A stretch of 63,178 nt of DNA, counting the filler. It is 5 parts of 5 records of this genome, joined end to end, with 100 filler letters (N's around TTAATTAATTAA, not from the genome) between each part and the next. Parts side by side here need not be neighbours in the genome. Positions count along the whole stretch, not along the records: positions 13,685 to 27,881 come from DRR378314_842; positions 27,982 to 51,404 come from DRR378314_844; 3 more parts are not named here. The stretch is one strand, 5' to 3'. Below the pieces are notes generated by a model. It was not told the origin of the DNA, ran no database searches, and worked only from the letters and a program-made list of their open reading frames with translations. Position 1 is the stretch's first letter. Every line of letters starts with the position of its first letter. Shown piece after piece: positions 21,266-32,510 of the stretch. A program made the translations under genes and the position numbers.

Positions 21266-22171
21266 TCAGTTTCCGTCCTTGAACTCCAGGCCCATTTCCG
21301 AATAGCGCTCGGATTCCTCGAGCCAGTTGGGCCGCACCTTGATCTGCAGAAACAGGTGGATCTTGCGGTCGAGGAATTCCTCCAGCTCGGCGCGGGCGGC
21401 CTGCCCCACCGCCTTGATGGTCTCGCCGCGCTTTCCGAGCACGATGCCCTTGTGACCGTCGCGCACCACATAGACGATCTGGTCGATGCGGGCGGAGCCA
21501 TCCTTGCGCTCTTCCCATTTCTCGGTCTCGACGGTGAGCTGATAAGGCAGTTCCTGATGCAGCCGCAGGGTCAGTTTCTCGCGGGTCATCTCGGCAGCGA
21601 TCATGCGCAGCGGCAGGTCGGCGATCTGATCTTCGGGGTAGAGCCAGGGGCCTTCGGGGACCTCCTGGGCCAACCATTTGCGCAGATCTTCGGTACCATA
21701 GCCCTTTTCGGCGGAGATCATGAAGGTCTCGGCAAAGGCAAAGCGGTCGTTGAGATCCTTGGTCAGACCCAGCAGCACGTCCGACTGCACCCGGTCGATC
21801 TTGTTGATCGCCAGCGCCACGCGGCGGCCCTCTCCCACTTCGGCGAGGTTCTCCAGGATGCGCTCGACGCCTTCGGTAACGCCGCGATGAGCCTCGATGA
21901 GCAGCACGATCACATCGGCATCCGCAGCCCCGCCCCAGGCGGCGGCGACCATGGCGCGGTCAAGGCGGCGGCGCGGCTGGAACAGGCCCGGCGTGTCGAC
22001 AAACACCAGCTGGCTGTCACCTTCCATGGCCACGCCCCGGATGCGGGCGCGGGTGGTCTGCACCTTGTGGGTGACGATGGAGACCTTGGCCCCCACCATG
22101 CGGTTGAGAAGCGTGGACTTGCCCGCATTGGGCTCGCCGATCAGGGCGATGAAGCCCGCGCGTGTACTCAT
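21266..22171 (-). CDS. era: GTPase Era
   Basis: [24 protein letters not shown] domain. Confidence 0.97.
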   Translation of the reverse strand: MSTRAGFIALIGEPNAGKSTLLNRMVGAKVSIVTHKVQTTRARIRGVAMEGDSQLVFVDTPGLFQPRRRLDRAMVAAAWGGAADADVIVLLIEAHRGVTEGVERILENLAEVGEGRRVALAINKIDRVQSDVLLGLTKDLNDRFAFAETFMISAEKGYGTEDLRKWLAQEVPEGPWLYPEDQIADLPLRMIAAEMTREKLTLRLHQELPYQLTVETEKWEERKDGSARIDQIVYVVRDGHKGIVLGKRGETIKAVGQAARAELEEFLDRKIHLFLQIKVRPNWLEESERYSEMGLEFKDGN

Positions 22172-22854
22172 GACTTTTGCTCCAGCTTGGTCAGCAGCGC
22201 CTTGGCTGCCGCCTGTTCCGCCAGCCGTTTCGATCCGGCGGTGGCCTGTTCCTCGGTGCCGTCCTGCAAGCGGGCGGCAATGGTAAAGACGGGTTCGTGG
22301 TCGGGTCCGCTGCGCGCAACCAGCACATAGGCGGGGGGGGGCTGCCGGCGGGCCTGAACATACTCCTGCAGCGAGGTCTTGGGGTCGCGGGCGTCTTCGT
22401 CCACGGTACCGACGCGCTTGCCCCAAAGCCGCAGGATCACCGCTTGTGCTGCCTCAAAGCCCGCGTCCTTGTAGACGGCGGCGATCACCGCCTCCATCGC
22501 ATCGCCCAGCAGCGCCTGTTTGCGCCGCCCGCCCGAGAGCATCTCGGAACGGCCGAGTTTCAGCACCGCACCGATGTCGATCTCGCGGGCCACATCGGCG
22601 CAGGCTTCCTTGCGCACCAAGGCGTTGAAACGGGGCGCCAGCTGACCTTCGGTGGCCTGCCGGTCATGATCCAGCAATGCCGTGGCCATCACCAGACCCA
22701 GCACCCGGTCGCCCAGAAACTCCAGCCGTTGATTGTCCTGCCGGTTCGGCGAAGAGACAGACGGATGGGTCAGTGCCCGGATCAGCAGTTCGGGGTCGGC
22801 GAAATCATGGCCGAGCCGTTCCTGAAAGGCATGGATATCCTTGGATAGCTTCAC
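22168..22854 (-). CDS. rnc: Ribonuclease III
   Basis: [14 protein letters not shown]; ds[11 protein letters not shown]. Confidence 0.97.
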   Translation of the reverse strand: MKLSKDIHAFQERLGHDFADPELLIRALTHPSVSSPNRQDNQRLEFLGDRVLGLVMATALLDHDRQATEGQLAPRFNALVRKEACADVAREIDIGAVLKLGRSEMLSGGRRKQALLGDAMEAVIAAVYKDAGFEAAQAVILRLWGKRVGTVDEDARDPKTSLQEYVQARRQPPPAYVLVARSGPDHEPVFTIAARLQDGTEEQATAGSKRLAEQAAAKALLTKLEQKS

Positions 22855-23134
22855 GTGTGGTCCTCAAACTCTGGGGGCAGCGGCTGCCCCGACGGGATCG
22901 TTCCTTATCCCAGCGCCGCAGAATAGGAAAGCGCCCCCGGCGGGCTGTTTCCCTGCTTTTGATGACAAACAGGCCCGGCGATGTCCGACGGTCGCATATG
23001 CGGGTCCCGTTTGACTAGCATGACGCGCGGCCGGGACAAAGCGACATCGCCGAGGCGTGGCAGGGACGGCCCGAACGGCACGAGGCCGCGGAGATACACC
23101 GCGGCCTCGTCGAAGTGGTCAGATCTCAGTGTGC

Positions 23135-23971
23135 TCAGTTGACGGCCTTGAAGAACCGGTCACTGCGCCACGTCCAGAAAAACAGCATCGACCGCCCGGC
23201 GGACGAGAACATGATACGGTCCGCACGACCGATCAGGTTTTCAAAGGGCACATAGCCGACGCCGCCCACGGCCTGTGGCACGCGGCTGTCGGTGGAGTTG
23301 TCGCGGTTGTCACCCATGAAGAAGAAATGCCCCTCGGGCACATGGTAGACTTTGGTGTGGTCGCTGGACTGATTGCCGATATTGATGATTGCGTGGGATG
23401 TGCCACCCGGCAGCGTTTCGATCTGACGGGATTTCTTGCAGACGCCGCCCTGCCCCACCGGATCATTCTCGCAGCGCGGGAAATTGCCCTGCGGGCCCTG
23501 ACGCTCCATCGCTTCCTCGAATTCGCCATCGTCCATCAGCCCGACAGCAGCGCCGTTGATGTGCAGCACACCGTCCTTCATCTGCAGCTTGTCACCGGGC
23601 AGGCCGACGAGGCGCTTGATGTAGTCGGTGCGGTTCACCGGATGGCGGAAGACCACCACATCACCGCGCTCCGGCTCACCGCCAAGGATACGGCTGTTGT
23701 CACCATCAAGAAAGCCACAGATATCCTGCGCGTCGATATTGAGGCCGACCGCCCCGAGACGGATCGAGGGGCAGGAGGCGTAGGAATAGCCATAGGCCAT
23801 CTTGTTCACGAACAGAAAATCGCCAACCAGCAGCGTTTCCTTCATCGAGCCGGAGGGAATCCAGAAGGGTTGAAAGAACAGGGTGCGGAAGACACCGGCA
23901 ATCAACAGCGCGTAGACAATTGTCTTGATCGTCTCCAGGATTGAATTCCCGGCAGTGGTTTTCGACGCCAT
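23135..23971 (-). CDS. lepB: Signal peptidase I
   Basis: IPSGSM, YIKRLVGLPGD, MGDNRDNSTDSR. Confidence 0.97.
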   Translation of the reverse strand: MASKTTAGNSILETIKTIVYALLIAGVFRTLFFQPFWIPSGSMKETLLVGDFLFVNKMAYGYSYASCPSIRLGAVGLNIDAQDICGFLDGDNSRILGGEPERGDVVVFRHPVNRTDYIKRLVGLPGDKLQMKDGVLHINGAAVGLMDDGEFEEAMERQGPQGNFPRCENDPVGQGGVCKKSRQIETLPGGTSHAIINIGNQSSDHTKVYHVPEGHFFFMGDNRDNSTDSRVPQAVGGVGYVPFENLIGRADRIMFSSAGRSMLFFWTWRSDRFFKAVN

Positions 23972-24174
23972 CAGGCTCTCCGGTCTTTTGTGGGCGGGTC
24001 GGGGCGTACATGCGGGCAGGCCCGGCGCAAGTCAAGCGATGCCGTCGGGACGGGCCAGATGTGGCTCAGCTGTGGGCACTCTGCCGCAGGTATTGCGGTT
24101 TGCCTGCGCGTTGGCCCGCCGCGCGCCTTCGCGGTCAACGGGTGTGAAACCGAGGCGGAGGTGCAGCCCGGCGC

Positions 24175-24588
24175 TCACTCCGAGGCCGCGACCACCAAAC
24201 GGGCCTCAATCAGGACAAAGGCCTGTGCCCAGGGGTGATCATCAGTCAGCGTGACGTGGATGATCGCCTCATGTCCCGCCGGGGTCAGCGCAGCCAGACG
24301 ATCTGCCGCCCAGCCGGTCACATGCATCACCGGCTGCCCGGTCGAGAGGTTGGAAACCGCCATGTCTTTCCAGGCGATCCCCATGCGCAGGCCGGTGCCC
24401 AAGGCCTTTGAGCAGGCTTCCTTGGCAGCCCAGCGTTTGGCGTAGGTGCCCGCAACATCGCGCCGTCGTTCGGATTTTGCCTGTTCCACATCGGTAAAGA
24501 CCCGATTGCGGAACCGGTCCCCGAAACGGTCCAGCGTGCGCTGGATGCGGTCGATGTTTGCCAGATCGGTGCCGATTCCCAAGATCAT
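24175..24588 (-). CDS. acpS: Holo-ACP synthase
   Basis: [29 protein letters not shown]. Confidence 0.95.
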   Translation of the reverse strand: MILGIGTDLANIDRIQRTLDRFGDRFRNRVFTDVEQAKSERRRDVAGTYAKRWAAKEACSKALGTGLRMGIAWKDMAVSNLSTGQPVMHVTGWAADRLAALTPAGHEAIIHVTLTDDHPWAQAFVLIEARLVVAASE

Positions 24589-24607
24589 CCTCGCCACCAA
24601 CCGGGCC

Positions 24608-25045
24608 TCAGCCCCGGCCCTCCTGGCGGTCACGGGTCCGTAGCACGGATTTCGCACCGCTGGCCAGAAAGAACCGAACCAACAAGAACGACATAACCGC
24701 CTGGAACAGAAGCGCCCCGGCCACGAACAGGGCACCATAGGGTTGCGATACCATGTACTGCAGTTCGGGAAGCGCCAGACTGAAGGCGACCGCCGAGAGC
24801 AGGATCAGCCCCAGAATGACAACCGAGGCGCGGCGGGCAAAGCCCCACATCTCGGATGTGTCAGGCATACGGTTCTCGGCTTTGGCAAAAGCCTGCCCCT
24901 CGACCATCGAAGCCCCCATGGCCGGGATCAACGCCATACCGGCATTGGTGATGTCGAAATCGGCGAGGATCTGCACCAGAGCGCTGACGATGATGATTGC
25001 AACGATGATCGCAAGATAAACCAGAGTGAAGCGACGCAGCTTCAT
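24608..25045 (-). CDS. Hypothetical 4-TM membrane protein
   Basis: 145 aa, hydrophobic; overlaps the pdxJ stop. Confidence 0.75.
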   Translation of the reverse strand: MKLRRFTLVYLAIIVAIIIVSALVQILADFDITNAGMALIPAMGASMVEGQAFAKAENRMPDTSEMWGFARRASVVILGLILLSAVAFSLALPELQYMVSQPYGALFVAGALLFQAVMSFLLVRFFLASGAKSVLRTRDRQEGRG

Positions 25046-25800
25046 GCGACATCTCCGCGACGGGCTGCATCCATCAGGCGGCGCATTTCCTGCACGGCCG
25101 GGGTGAGGCCGCGAAACACCGCCTCGCCGATCAGGAAATGGCCGATGTTCAGCTCAACCACCTCGGGGAAGGCGGCGACGGGCGCGACCGTTTCATAGGT
25201 CAGACCATGGCCCGCGTGCACCTCGAGCCCCAGCGAATGGGCAAAGGTGGCCATGTCGCGCAACCGGTCCAGCTCCGCGTCGCGGGCGGCGAAATCCCCC
25301 TCGGCGTGGTGGTCGCAATAGGCGCCGGTGTGCAGCTCGATCACCTCAGCGCCGATGCGATGGGCGGCCTCGATCTGGGCCGGGTCGGCGGCGATGAAGA
25401 TCGACACCCGGCAACCCGCATCGCGCAGGGGTGCGATGAAATGGGCCAGCTTGTTTTCTTCACGGGCGACTTCCAGCCCCCCTTCGGTGGTGCGTTCCTC
25501 GCGCTTTTCCGGCACGATGCAAACCGCGTGGGGTTTGTGACGCAGGGCGATCTTCTGCATCTCATCCGTCGCGGCCATCTCGAAATTGAGCGGTACGGTC
25601 AGGGCGGCCATCAACCCGTCGATATCGGCGTCGGTGATGTGGCGGCGGTCTTCGCGCAGATGGGCGGTGATGCCGTCGGCGCCTGCTTCCTCGGCCAGTT
25701 TCGCGGCACGGATCGGGTCCGGATAGGCCCCACCACGCGCGTTGCGGACGGTGGCGACGTGATCGATATTCACGCCGAGGCGCAAGTCATTCTGGGGCAT
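25042..25800 (-). CDS. pdxJ: Pyridoxine 5'-phosphate synthase
   Basis: [42 protein letters not shown]. Confidence 0.97.
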   Translation of the reverse strand: MPQNDLRLGVNIDHVATVRNARGGAYPDPIRAAKLAEEAGADGITAHLREDRRHITDADIDGLMAALTVPLNFEMAATDEMQKIALRHKPHAVCIVPEKREERTTEGGLEVAREENKLAHFIAPLRDAGCRVSIFIAADPAQIEAAHRIGAEVIELHTGAYCDHHAEGDFAARDAELDRLRDMATFAHSLGLEVHAGHGLTYETVAPVAAFPEVVELNIGHFLIGEAVFRGLTPAVQEMRRLMDAARRGDVA

Positions 25801-25978
25801 GAGACGGTCTCTTTGTCATTGGAGGTCTTTTGCCCGAGAGCCTAGCTGGCAGGTTCGCAGAGGCAAGGACCAACGGCGCGAGTGATACAATTCTTCGCAC
25901 TGAGTCGGCCTCCCCCTCACCCTGATCGGTGGTCACTTGTGGCCAACGAGACAGGCCCTATCGCCACCCTGGACAGGT

Positions 25979-26683
25979 TTATTCAGGTCGCCCGACCTTG
26001 GGGCTGCGGCCTGACGGAGGGGGCCCGCTCGGCGCATGGGGGCTGTTCACGGCCTCCAGCTCGGCGCGTTTCTTGATCGCGTCGAACTTGGCCTTGATCT
26101 TGCGGCGACGACGCAACTGATAGGTCCGGATCACCGGGACGGACAGGATGTAGCCCACGGTCGCGACAATGACCCCGGGCAGCAGCCCGCCGATCATATA
26201 GGGATAAAACACCTCATCATAGAAGATCACCAGCCCGGTCCAGTCCGTCGGCGTGCCGGTCGCATAGGCGTAGACGTTGTACCAAAGGTCCCATCCAGCG
26301 GCGAGAAACTTGTCCGTCAGCGTCGCGTCCACCTCGGCCACCGGCTGACTGCCCAGCAACCAATGCCCGGTCTGCAGAGAGATCACGCCGATCGGCACAT
26401 AGGTCAGCGGATTGCCGAAGAAGGTCGCCGACAGTGCCGCAAGAAGATTGCCATTCATCACCCGCGCGATGAGGGCAGCCACGAAAAAATGCACACCGTA
26501 AAAGGGCGTAAAGGTGGTAAAGAGCCCGGCCCAGATGCCGCGCGCGATACGCTCCGGGTTGTCCGGAAGACGGCGCACCCGGTGTTTGACATAAAGAAAC
26601 GCCCTGCCCCAGCCTCCGCGAGGCCAGAGAAACTCCGCAACCGCCCTGAGCGGCGGGCGTCTGTCTCGGCGCCTGAATACCAA
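25979..26683 (-). CDS. DUF2062-family membrane protein
   Basis: WPRGGW.RA..Y, PERIARG, GNPLTY. Confidence 0.8.
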   Translation of the reverse strand: MVFRRRDRRPPLRAVAEFLWPRGGWGRAFLYVKHRVRRLPDNPERIARGIWAGLFTTFTPFYGVHFFVAALIARVMNGNLLAALSATFFGNPLTYVPIGVISLQTGHWLLGSQPVAEVDATLTDKFLAAGWDLWYNVYAYATGTPTDWTGLVIFYDEVFYPYMIGGLLPGVIVATVGYILSVPVIRTYQLRRRRKIKAKFDAIKKRAELEAVNSPHAPSGPPPSGRSPKVGRPE

Positions 26684-26714
26684 AGGATCATCCCTATTCT
26701 TCGTACGGAAGAGG

Positions 26715-27881
26715 CTAGATCGTACGGTGTTGCGCTCCAGGCCGCTCCCGGTAGCGCGCGACCGCGGCGACGTGGCTCTCTGCTTCCAGCGTCAGTATCA
26801 ACGAATGCAGCTGCTCCACATCACGCAATTCCACATTGATCATCAAGCGGTAAAAGTCTGGTTTCCGATCCTTGAATTCAAGGTTGGAAATATTTGCCTT
26901 CTTCTCGCCAATCAACGTGCAGATCCGCCCCAAAACGCCGGCGTCATTGCCGATCGTCAGTTCCAGGGTCACACTGTAGACTGCCGGATGGGTGCCGGAG
27001 TGCCAGTGCACGTCGACCCAGCGGTCCATCTGGTCCTCGAACTCGCCCAAGCGGTCGCAATCTGCGGTGTGCACCACCACGCCGTGACCCCGCGAGGTGA
27101 TGCCGATGATACGTTCGCCCGGCAATGGTTCGCAACAGGCGGCGCGCTCGAACTTCTGCCCCGGTTCCAGACCGATCACTGCGCGGCGTGGCGATACTTC
27201 GTCGCCGTCCTTGGCGGTCAGCTCCGGATAAACGGCCTGAACAACATCATGGGCGGTGATCACTGCGGCCCCGAGCCGGGCCAGCAGCTCGGTCACATCG
27301 CTGACACGCAGGGCGCGGGCGGCGGTTTCCAGTGCTTTGTCGGTGGCTTTCTTGTTCACATGCTCAAAGGCGGAGCGTGCAAGTTCGTGGCCCAGTTTCA
27401 CGAACCGTTCGCGGTCCGCCTCGCGCAGGGCGCGGCGAATGGCGGTGCGCGCTTTGCCGGTGGTGGCGATCTCCAGCCAGCTCACCTGCGGGGTCTGACC
27501 CTCGGCGGTGATCACCTCGACCGACTGGCCATTGCGCAGCCGGGTCCAGAGCGGCACCCGGATGCCGTCCACCTTGCCGCCAACACAGGCATGGCCGATG
27601 CGGGTGTGGATGGCATAGGCAAAATCGATCGGCGTGGCGCCCTTGGGCAGCTTGATCACATCGCCCTTGGGCGTGAAGCAGAACACCTGGTCCGAATACA
27701 TCTCCAGCTTGACCGCTTCGAGGAATTCGTCGTGGTCATCCTCGCCGTCAAACTGCTCGGTCAGCGAGGCGATCCACTTGGCCGGATCAACGGCAAAGGG
27801 GTTCTCGGTGCGCACACCATCGCGATAGGACCAATGCGCCGCCACCCCCGACTCGGCCACGTCATGCATCTGGCGGGTGCG
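26715..27881 (-). CDS. spoT: RelA/SpoT (p)ppGpp synthetase/hydrolase, C-terminal part
   Basis: AESGVAAHW.Y, TGS domain (FTPKG, DFAYAIHT), CC motif, ACT domain. Confidence 0.93.
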   Translation of the reverse strand, partial: RTRQMHDVAESGVAAHWSYRDGVRTENPFAVDPAKWIASLTEQFDGEDDHDEFLEAVKLEMYSDQVFCFTPKGDVIKLPKGATPIDFAYAIHTRIGHACVGGKVDGIRVPLWTRLRNGQSVEVITAEGQTPQVSWLEIATTGKARTAIRRALREADRERFVKLGHELARSAFEHVNKKATDKALETAARALRVSDVTELLARLGAAVITAHDVVQAVYPELTAKDGDEVSPRRAVIGLEPGQKFERAACCEPLPGERIIGITSRGHGVVVHTADCDRLGEFEDQMDRWVDVHWHSGTHPAVYSVTLELTIGNDAGVLGRICTLIGEKKANISNLEFKDRKPDFYRLMINVELRDVEQLHSLILTLEAESHVAAVARYRERPGAQHRTI

Positions 27882-27981
27882 NNNNNNNNNNNNNNNNNNN
27901 NNNNNNNNNNNNNNNNNNNNNNNNNTTAATTAATTAANNNNNNNNNNNNNNNNNNNNNNNNNNNNNNNNNNNNNNNNNNNN
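27882..27981. other. Artificial contig spacer 2
   Basis: N44-TTAATTAATTAA-N44. Confidence 0.99.
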
Positions 27982-28011
27982 CTTCGGCTTCGGCTTCGGC
28001 TTCGGCTTCGG
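27982..28011. repeat. Tandem hexamer (CTTCGG)x5 encoding Glu-Ala repeats at the contig end
   Basis: Read directly from the sequence. Confidence 0.9.
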
Positions 28012-28153
28012 AAGTCAAATCATCCGCAGGCTCTGCTTCGTCAACGGGTTTGTTTTCCGAATTAGAGTTGCTTTCGCCCTCAATGGCCTCAGCAACATCC
28101 TCAATCTTGGGGTCTTTGACCGGCTCCTGATCGGGTTTCTTCTTATCAGCCAC
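27982..28153 (-). CDS. Acidic N-terminus of a protein downstream of hemD (probably COG4223/mitofilin-like), truncated
   Basis: VADKKKPDQEP...EAEAEAEAE; identity inferred only from its position after hemD. Confidence 0.5.
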
Positions 28154-28207
28154 CGTCCTAATCCCCTTATCGATTCCCAAAACACGTGAACAACAGACTA
28201 ACCCAAG

Positions 28208-28921
28208 TTAATCTGCACCCGGCGCGCTCTCAACCCGCAACGCGTGTTTCACAAGTTTTTTAACGACTTCCTGCATTTGGTCCGAATTCGGCTCGCGCGC
28301 AATCTTCAATCGCTCAAAGGTCAAGGAATTAAGGGGCCACGCGGTGGCTTCGCTAAATGCAGCCAGCAACAAAGGCGCTGTTCCGGCCCATATATCGGCA
28401 AATTGTCGCGCTGTGCGGGGCGAAAAAATTGGGGCAATAATTGGCGAATTACGTTCGGCGACCTGGGTTGCCGCGTCACTTAGCGGTAATAGATGTTGCT
28501 GATAAATCGGTTGCTCATGGGTCGTCAGGCCCGAATTGGTCAGGCGCTTGGCGACATCACCACGGCTGTGTTCTCCGCGCAGATGCAGCAACGGACCTTG
28601 CGGCGCGCACTTCAACAGATTGGCCACCAACTCGTCCGCCGTTGCACCCAGCATCTGCGCGTTCCAACCAGCTGCTTTCGCGCCTTCTGTGGTCGCCGGG
28701 CCGACACAATAAACGGGCAAGTCGCGGTCCACATCCAATATGGCTGCAGCATTCACGCCGTTGGCCGATGAAAATATCAGTCCAGCAGAGGCATCTGTCG
28801 CAACCGGACCCCCCAACGGTTCGATCTCCAACAGGGGTGAATGGATAACCTCGACCGCTGACCTGATGCGGGCCGGCAGTTGCGCAACAAACCTGTCCGA
28901 GGCGGCGCGAGGGCGGGTCAT
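28208..28921 (-). CDS. hemD: Uroporphyrinogen-III synthase
   Basis: [25 protein letters not shown]; start may be further upstream. Confidence 0.85.
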   Translation of the reverse strand: MTRPRAASDRFVAQLPARIRSAVEVIHSPLLEIEPLGGPVATDASAGLIFSSANGVNAAAILDVDRDLPVYCVGPATTEGAKAAGWNAQMLGATADELVANLLKCAPQGPLLHLRGEHSRGDVAKRLTNSGLTTHEQPIYQQHLLPLSDAATQVAERNSPIIAPIFSPRTARQFADIWAGTAPLLLAAFSEATAWPLNSLTFERLKIAREPNSDQMQEVVKKLVKHALRVESAPGAD

Positions 28922-29018
28922 CAACAAATACAACGGTCGGCGCCTTCGGCCTTGGGATTGTTTGCGTCCGCGCGGGGTGATACCCCGCATGGAAATCATG
29001 ATGCAACGGATCAGGCCT

Positions 29019-30116
29019 ATGGTGCAAACACTTACCGTCCTCGGGCTGGAAAGCAGCTGCGATGATACAGCCGCCGCTGTCGTGCGACAGCAGTCAGGTG
29101 CGCAGGCCGAGATTCTGTCATCAGTGGTGCACGGCCAGACCGAGTTGCACAGCGCCTATGGCGGTGTTGTGCCTGAGATCGCGGCCCGCGCGCATGCAGA
29201 AAAACTGGACGTCTGCGTAGAACAGGCTCTAACACAGGCTGATATTGCCCTCGATGATCTTGATGCAATTGCCGTAACTGCCGGTCCGGGCCTGATTGGC
29301 GGCGTGATTTCCGGCGTAATGTGCGCAAAAGGCCTGAGCGCCGCGACTCGCCTGCCCCTGATCGGCGTGAACCATCTGGCCGGGCATGCCCTTACTCCGC
29401 GCCTGACGGACGGGATCGCCTTTCCCTATCTGATGCTTCTGGTTTCGGGGGGTCATTGCCAATACCTGATCGCGCACGGGCCAGAACAGTTCACCCGCCT
29501 CGGGGGTACAATCGATGATGCTCCGGGAGAGGCCTTCGACAAGACAGCTCGACTGCTAGGCCTTCCGCAGCCCGGTGGCCCTTCGGTCGAGGCCGAGGCC
29601 CGCGCGGGTGATCCCAACCGTTTCCGCTTTCCCCGCCCGCTATTGGATCGTCCCGGATGCGATCTGTCATTCTCGGGCCTAAAGACCGCATTGATGCGTT
29701 TGCGGGATCAGATCGTCGCCGACAAAGGTGGCCTGACCCGTCAGGATCGGGCCGATTTGTGTGCCGGGTTCCAGCGATCCATCGTCGATACGTTGGCTGA
29801 GAAAACGCGCCGCGCAATTGCGCTGTATCTTGAAGCCTCGCCACCTGTTCCGGTCATCGCAGTTGCGGGGGGTGTTGCGGCAAATACCGCTATTCGCGCA
29901 ACGTTAGAGGCTGTTTCTGAAGAAAAAGGTGCCCGATTTATTGCCCCGCCACTGGCCTTGTGCACCGACAATGCGGCTATGATTGCCTTTGCCGGTCTAG
30001 AGCGATATCGCACCGGCGCAAGGGACGGGCTTGATCTGATCGCACGTCCCCGATGGCCTCTGGATCAAACCAGCCCTTCGATGCTCGGTGGTGGTAGGAA
30101 AGGGGCCAAGGCATGA
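29019..30116 (+). CDS. tsaD: tRNA t6A37 synthesis protein TsaD
   Basis: [45 protein letters not shown]. Confidence 0.97.
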   Translation: MVQTLTVLGLESSCDDTAAAVVRQQSGAQAEILSSVVHGQTELHSAYGGVVPEIAARAHAEKLDVCVEQALTQADIALDDLDAIAVTAGPGLIGGVISGVMCAKGLSAATRLPLIGVNHLAGHALTPRLTDGIAFPYLMLLVSGGHCQYLIAHGPEQFTRLGGTIDDAPGEAFDKTARLLGLPQPGGPSVEAEARAGDPNRFRFPRPLLDRPGCDLSFSGLKTALMRLRDQIVADKGGLTRQDRADLCAGFQRSIVDTLAEKTRRAIALYLEASPPVPVIAVAGGVAANTAIRATLEAVSEEKGARFIAPPLALCTDNAAMIAFAGLERYRTGARDGLDLIARPRWPLDQTSPSMLGGGRKGAKA

Positions 30117-31075
30117 GCGTATCCGTACTTGGATCAGGGGCCTTTGGAACCGCTCTGGCTATATCTCTTGCGGGAAATGGACCCGTCACACTCTGGTCGC
30201 GCACCACCGAGCAAGCGCAGCTTATGCAGCAGTCACGCGAGAATTTGGGTCGTCTGCCGGGCGTGACGTTGCCTGACAACATTTCTGTGACGGCTGATTT
30301 TGAACGGGCGGTGCAATCCGATGTTTTGTTGTTGGCGGTGCCGATGCAGAAACTACGCGATGCCTTGACCCTCAACTCTGCTCAACTGAGCGGCAAGACG
30401 CTGGTGGCCTGCTGCAAAGGGATCGAACTGACCTCGGGGCTTGGACCGGTTGCCGTTATTAATCAGACCGTCCCGGATGCGCATCCGGCGCTTCTGACCG
30501 GACCCAGCTTTGCCGACGATATCGCACGCGGTTTGCCCACAGCGCTGACACTGGCCTGCACTGACGCCGGATTGGGTGAGAACCTTCAGCAAGAACTGAC
30601 GACCGCCAACCTGCGTCTATATCGAACCACCGATACTGTCGGGGCTGAGCTGGGCGGTGCGCTAAAAAACGTGATGGCCATTGGCTGTGGCGCCGCCATT
30701 GGCGCGGGGCTGGGTGACAGCGCTCGCGCTGCGCTGATCACCCGCGGATTTGCCGAGATGCAACGCTTCGCCGCCCTGCGCGGCGCACGGCCCGACACGC
30801 TGATGGGGCTGTCAGGTCTGGGCGATCTGGTGCTGACCTGCTCGTCCGAGCTGTCACGAAATTACCGTTTTGGCCTGTCTTTGGGCCTAAATAAATCATT
30901 CGACAGCGCAACCACCGTCGAAGGTGTTGCCACCGCACAAGCCATGTCCAAGATCGCCGCGAATGAAGGATTGGACATGCCCATCAGCTCGACTGTGGCG
31001 AAACTCAGCAGCGGTGATTACAGTGTGACTGACGCGATTCAAGCGCTGCTGGGTCGCCCGCTCAAGGAGGAATAA
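30113..31075 (+). CDS. gpsA: NAD(P)H-dependent glycerol-3-phosphate dehydrogenase
   Basis: [34 protein letters not shown]. Confidence 0.96.
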   Translation: MSVSVLGSGAFGTALAISLAGNGPVTLWSRTTEQAQLMQQSRENLGRLPGVTLPDNISVTADFERAVQSDVLLLAVPMQKLRDALTLNSAQLSGKTLVACCKGIELTSGLGPVAVINQTVPDAHPALLTGPSFADDIARGLPTALTLACTDAGLGENLQQELTTANLRLYRTTDTVGAELGGALKNVMAIGCGAAIGAGLGDSARAALITRGFAEMQRFAALRGARPDTLMGLSGLGDLVLTCSSELSRNYRFGLSLGLNKSFDSATTVEGVATAQAMSKIAANEGLDMPISSTVAKLSSGDYSVTDAIQALLGRPLKEE

Positions 31076-31076
31076 C

Positions 31077-31346
31077 ATGCTCATTGCCCTGATCGCCCGG
31101 GACAAAACTGGCGCTCTGCAAACCCGAATGGACAACCGCGCCGCCCATCTGGGTTATATCGAGGAAACCGGTGTTGTGTCGCAGGCGGGTCCGCTGTTGG
31201 ACGGCGATGCGATGATCGGGTCGCTGATCATTTTGGACGTTGAAGACCTGGCCGCCGCTCAGGCCTGGGCGGCCAACGACCCCTATGCGCTGGCAGGGCT
31301 TTTCGACTCGGTCGAGCTGATCCCATGGAAGAAGGTGATTGGCTGA
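31077..31346 (+). CDS. YciI-family protein
   Basis: R.AHL, AGPL, GSL, DPY. Confidence 0.9.
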   Translation: MLIALIARDKTGALQTRMDNRAAHLGYIEETGVVSQAGPLLDGDAMIGSLIILDVEDLAAAQAWAANDPYALAGLFDSVELIPWKKVIG

Positions 31347-31768
31347 TGGCGTACTGGCTGTTCAAATCCGAACCTTCAACCTGGAGCTGGGATCAGCAGG
31401 TCGCCAAAGGTGATGCAGGCGAAGAATGGGACGGGGTCCGAAACTATCAGGCCCGTAATTTTATGCGCCAGATGCAGATTGGCGATCGGGGATTCTTCTA
31501 CCATTCGCAAAAGGAAAAGGCGATTGTTGGCATTGTCGAGGTCTGTGCCGAGGCGCATCCTGACAGCACCACCGATGATGAACGCTGGGAATGCGTGGAC
31601 ATCAAGGCGATACGGCCTTTTACCGTTCCAGTCACGCTGGATCAGATCAAAGCGGATGAACGTCTGGATGAGATGGTCTTGGTCAAGAACTCTCGACTGT
31701 CCGTGCAACCGGTCAGCAATGCGGAATGGGCGCTGATCTGCGGTTTGGGGCAGACAGTCGCGGATTGA
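31346..31768 (+). CDS. EVE-domain protein
   Basis: YWLFKSEP, WDGVRNYQARN, FFYHS, SRLSVQPV. Confidence 0.93.
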   Translation: MAYWLFKSEPSTWSWDQQVAKGDAGEEWDGVRNYQARNFMRQMQIGDRGFFYHSQKEKAIVGIVEVCAEAHPDSTTDDERWECVDIKAIRPFTVPVTLDQIKADERLDEMVLVKNSRLSVQPVSNAEWALICGLGQTVAD

Positions 31769-31805
31769 AAAAAGGGAAGGCCCTGACGAATGCAGAACCT
31801 TCCCT
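31768..31805 (-). terminator. Intrinsic terminator (minus strand) with no adjacent CDS on that strand
   Basis: AGGGAAGG...CCTTCCCT stem with an A-run on the + side. Confidence 0.5.
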
Positions 31806-31942
31806 ACCCCGCGTGCTCCCAAACTCACCACACGCATACGGAAATCTGTTGGCTCTGACCGTCCTGGTCATGTCCTGACCCTAACCGATTTGCGCCCAAC
31901 GCTTCAAACGCCAAGTAGTTAGAGTTTCACTCAAATACAGAA

Positions 31943-31967
31943 CACCCGTCGGAACAACCGACGGGTG
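31943..31967 (-). terminator. Terminator-like hairpin after the DUF2853 gene
   Basis: CACCCGTCGG-aacaa-CCGACGGGTG, perfect 10-bp stem. Confidence 0.7.
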
Positions 31968-31989
31968 CCGCATCGGTTTATTGCCCTGT

Positions 31990-32331
31990 TCAGCTGTAGA
32001 CCGACTCTTTACCGAAATGCCTGGTCAGCATGTAATAGACCACAGCGCGGTATTTGTTGCGTTCGGACATGCCATAAGTTTCCATGGCCTTGTTGATCGC
32101 TTCCATCAGTTCTGGACCATCCGACAAGCCCAGCTTTTTGATAAGGAAGTTGTTCTTGACCGTCTCAAGCTCAGCTTCCTGGCTGGCAGCCACTGTTGAC
32201 GCATCCGCGTCATAGATCGCCGGGCCGCAACCGATGGTAACCTTGGTCAAAAGGTCCATATCTGGGTCCAGCCCGCATTTGCCTTTCAAATCTTCAGCGT
32301 ATTTGGCGATCAGCTCATCGCGTTTGCCCAT
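31990..32331 (-). CDS. DUF2853-family protein
   Basis: DLLTKVTIGCGPAIY, ELETVKNNFLIKKLG, RNKYRAVVYY. Confidence 0.85.
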   Translation of the reverse strand: MGKRDELIAKYAEDLKGKCGLDPDMDLLTKVTIGCGPAIYDADASTVAASQEAELETVKNNFLIKKLGLSDGPELMEAINKAMETYGMSERNKYRAVVYYMLTRHFGKESVYS

Positions 32332-32455
32332 TTTCAACTCTCCTGCGCAGAATTCCAATTAAAAGTGGCCCAATTGCCTGAATGCTAGGATTGGCAGAGA
32401 ACCGGGCCTCTCAAATAGGATTTTTTTCGCTGTTCCTTCCCCCTAAAGCACAACG

Positions 32456-32484
32456 AAAAACCACCGGGGTTGGCCGGTGGTTTT
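32456..32484. terminator. Terminator downstream of ahcY
   Basis: AAAACCACCGG-ggttgg-CCGGTGGTTTT. Confidence 0.85.
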
Positions 32485-32510
32485 CAGGGTAGTTTGACAA
32501 TGAGTCGGGA

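Noticed and set aside
31346-31768. EVE domain as part of a modification-dependent restriction system
   Set aside because: Stand-alone EVE in the tsaD-gpsA-yciI housekeeping operon; no nuclease partner
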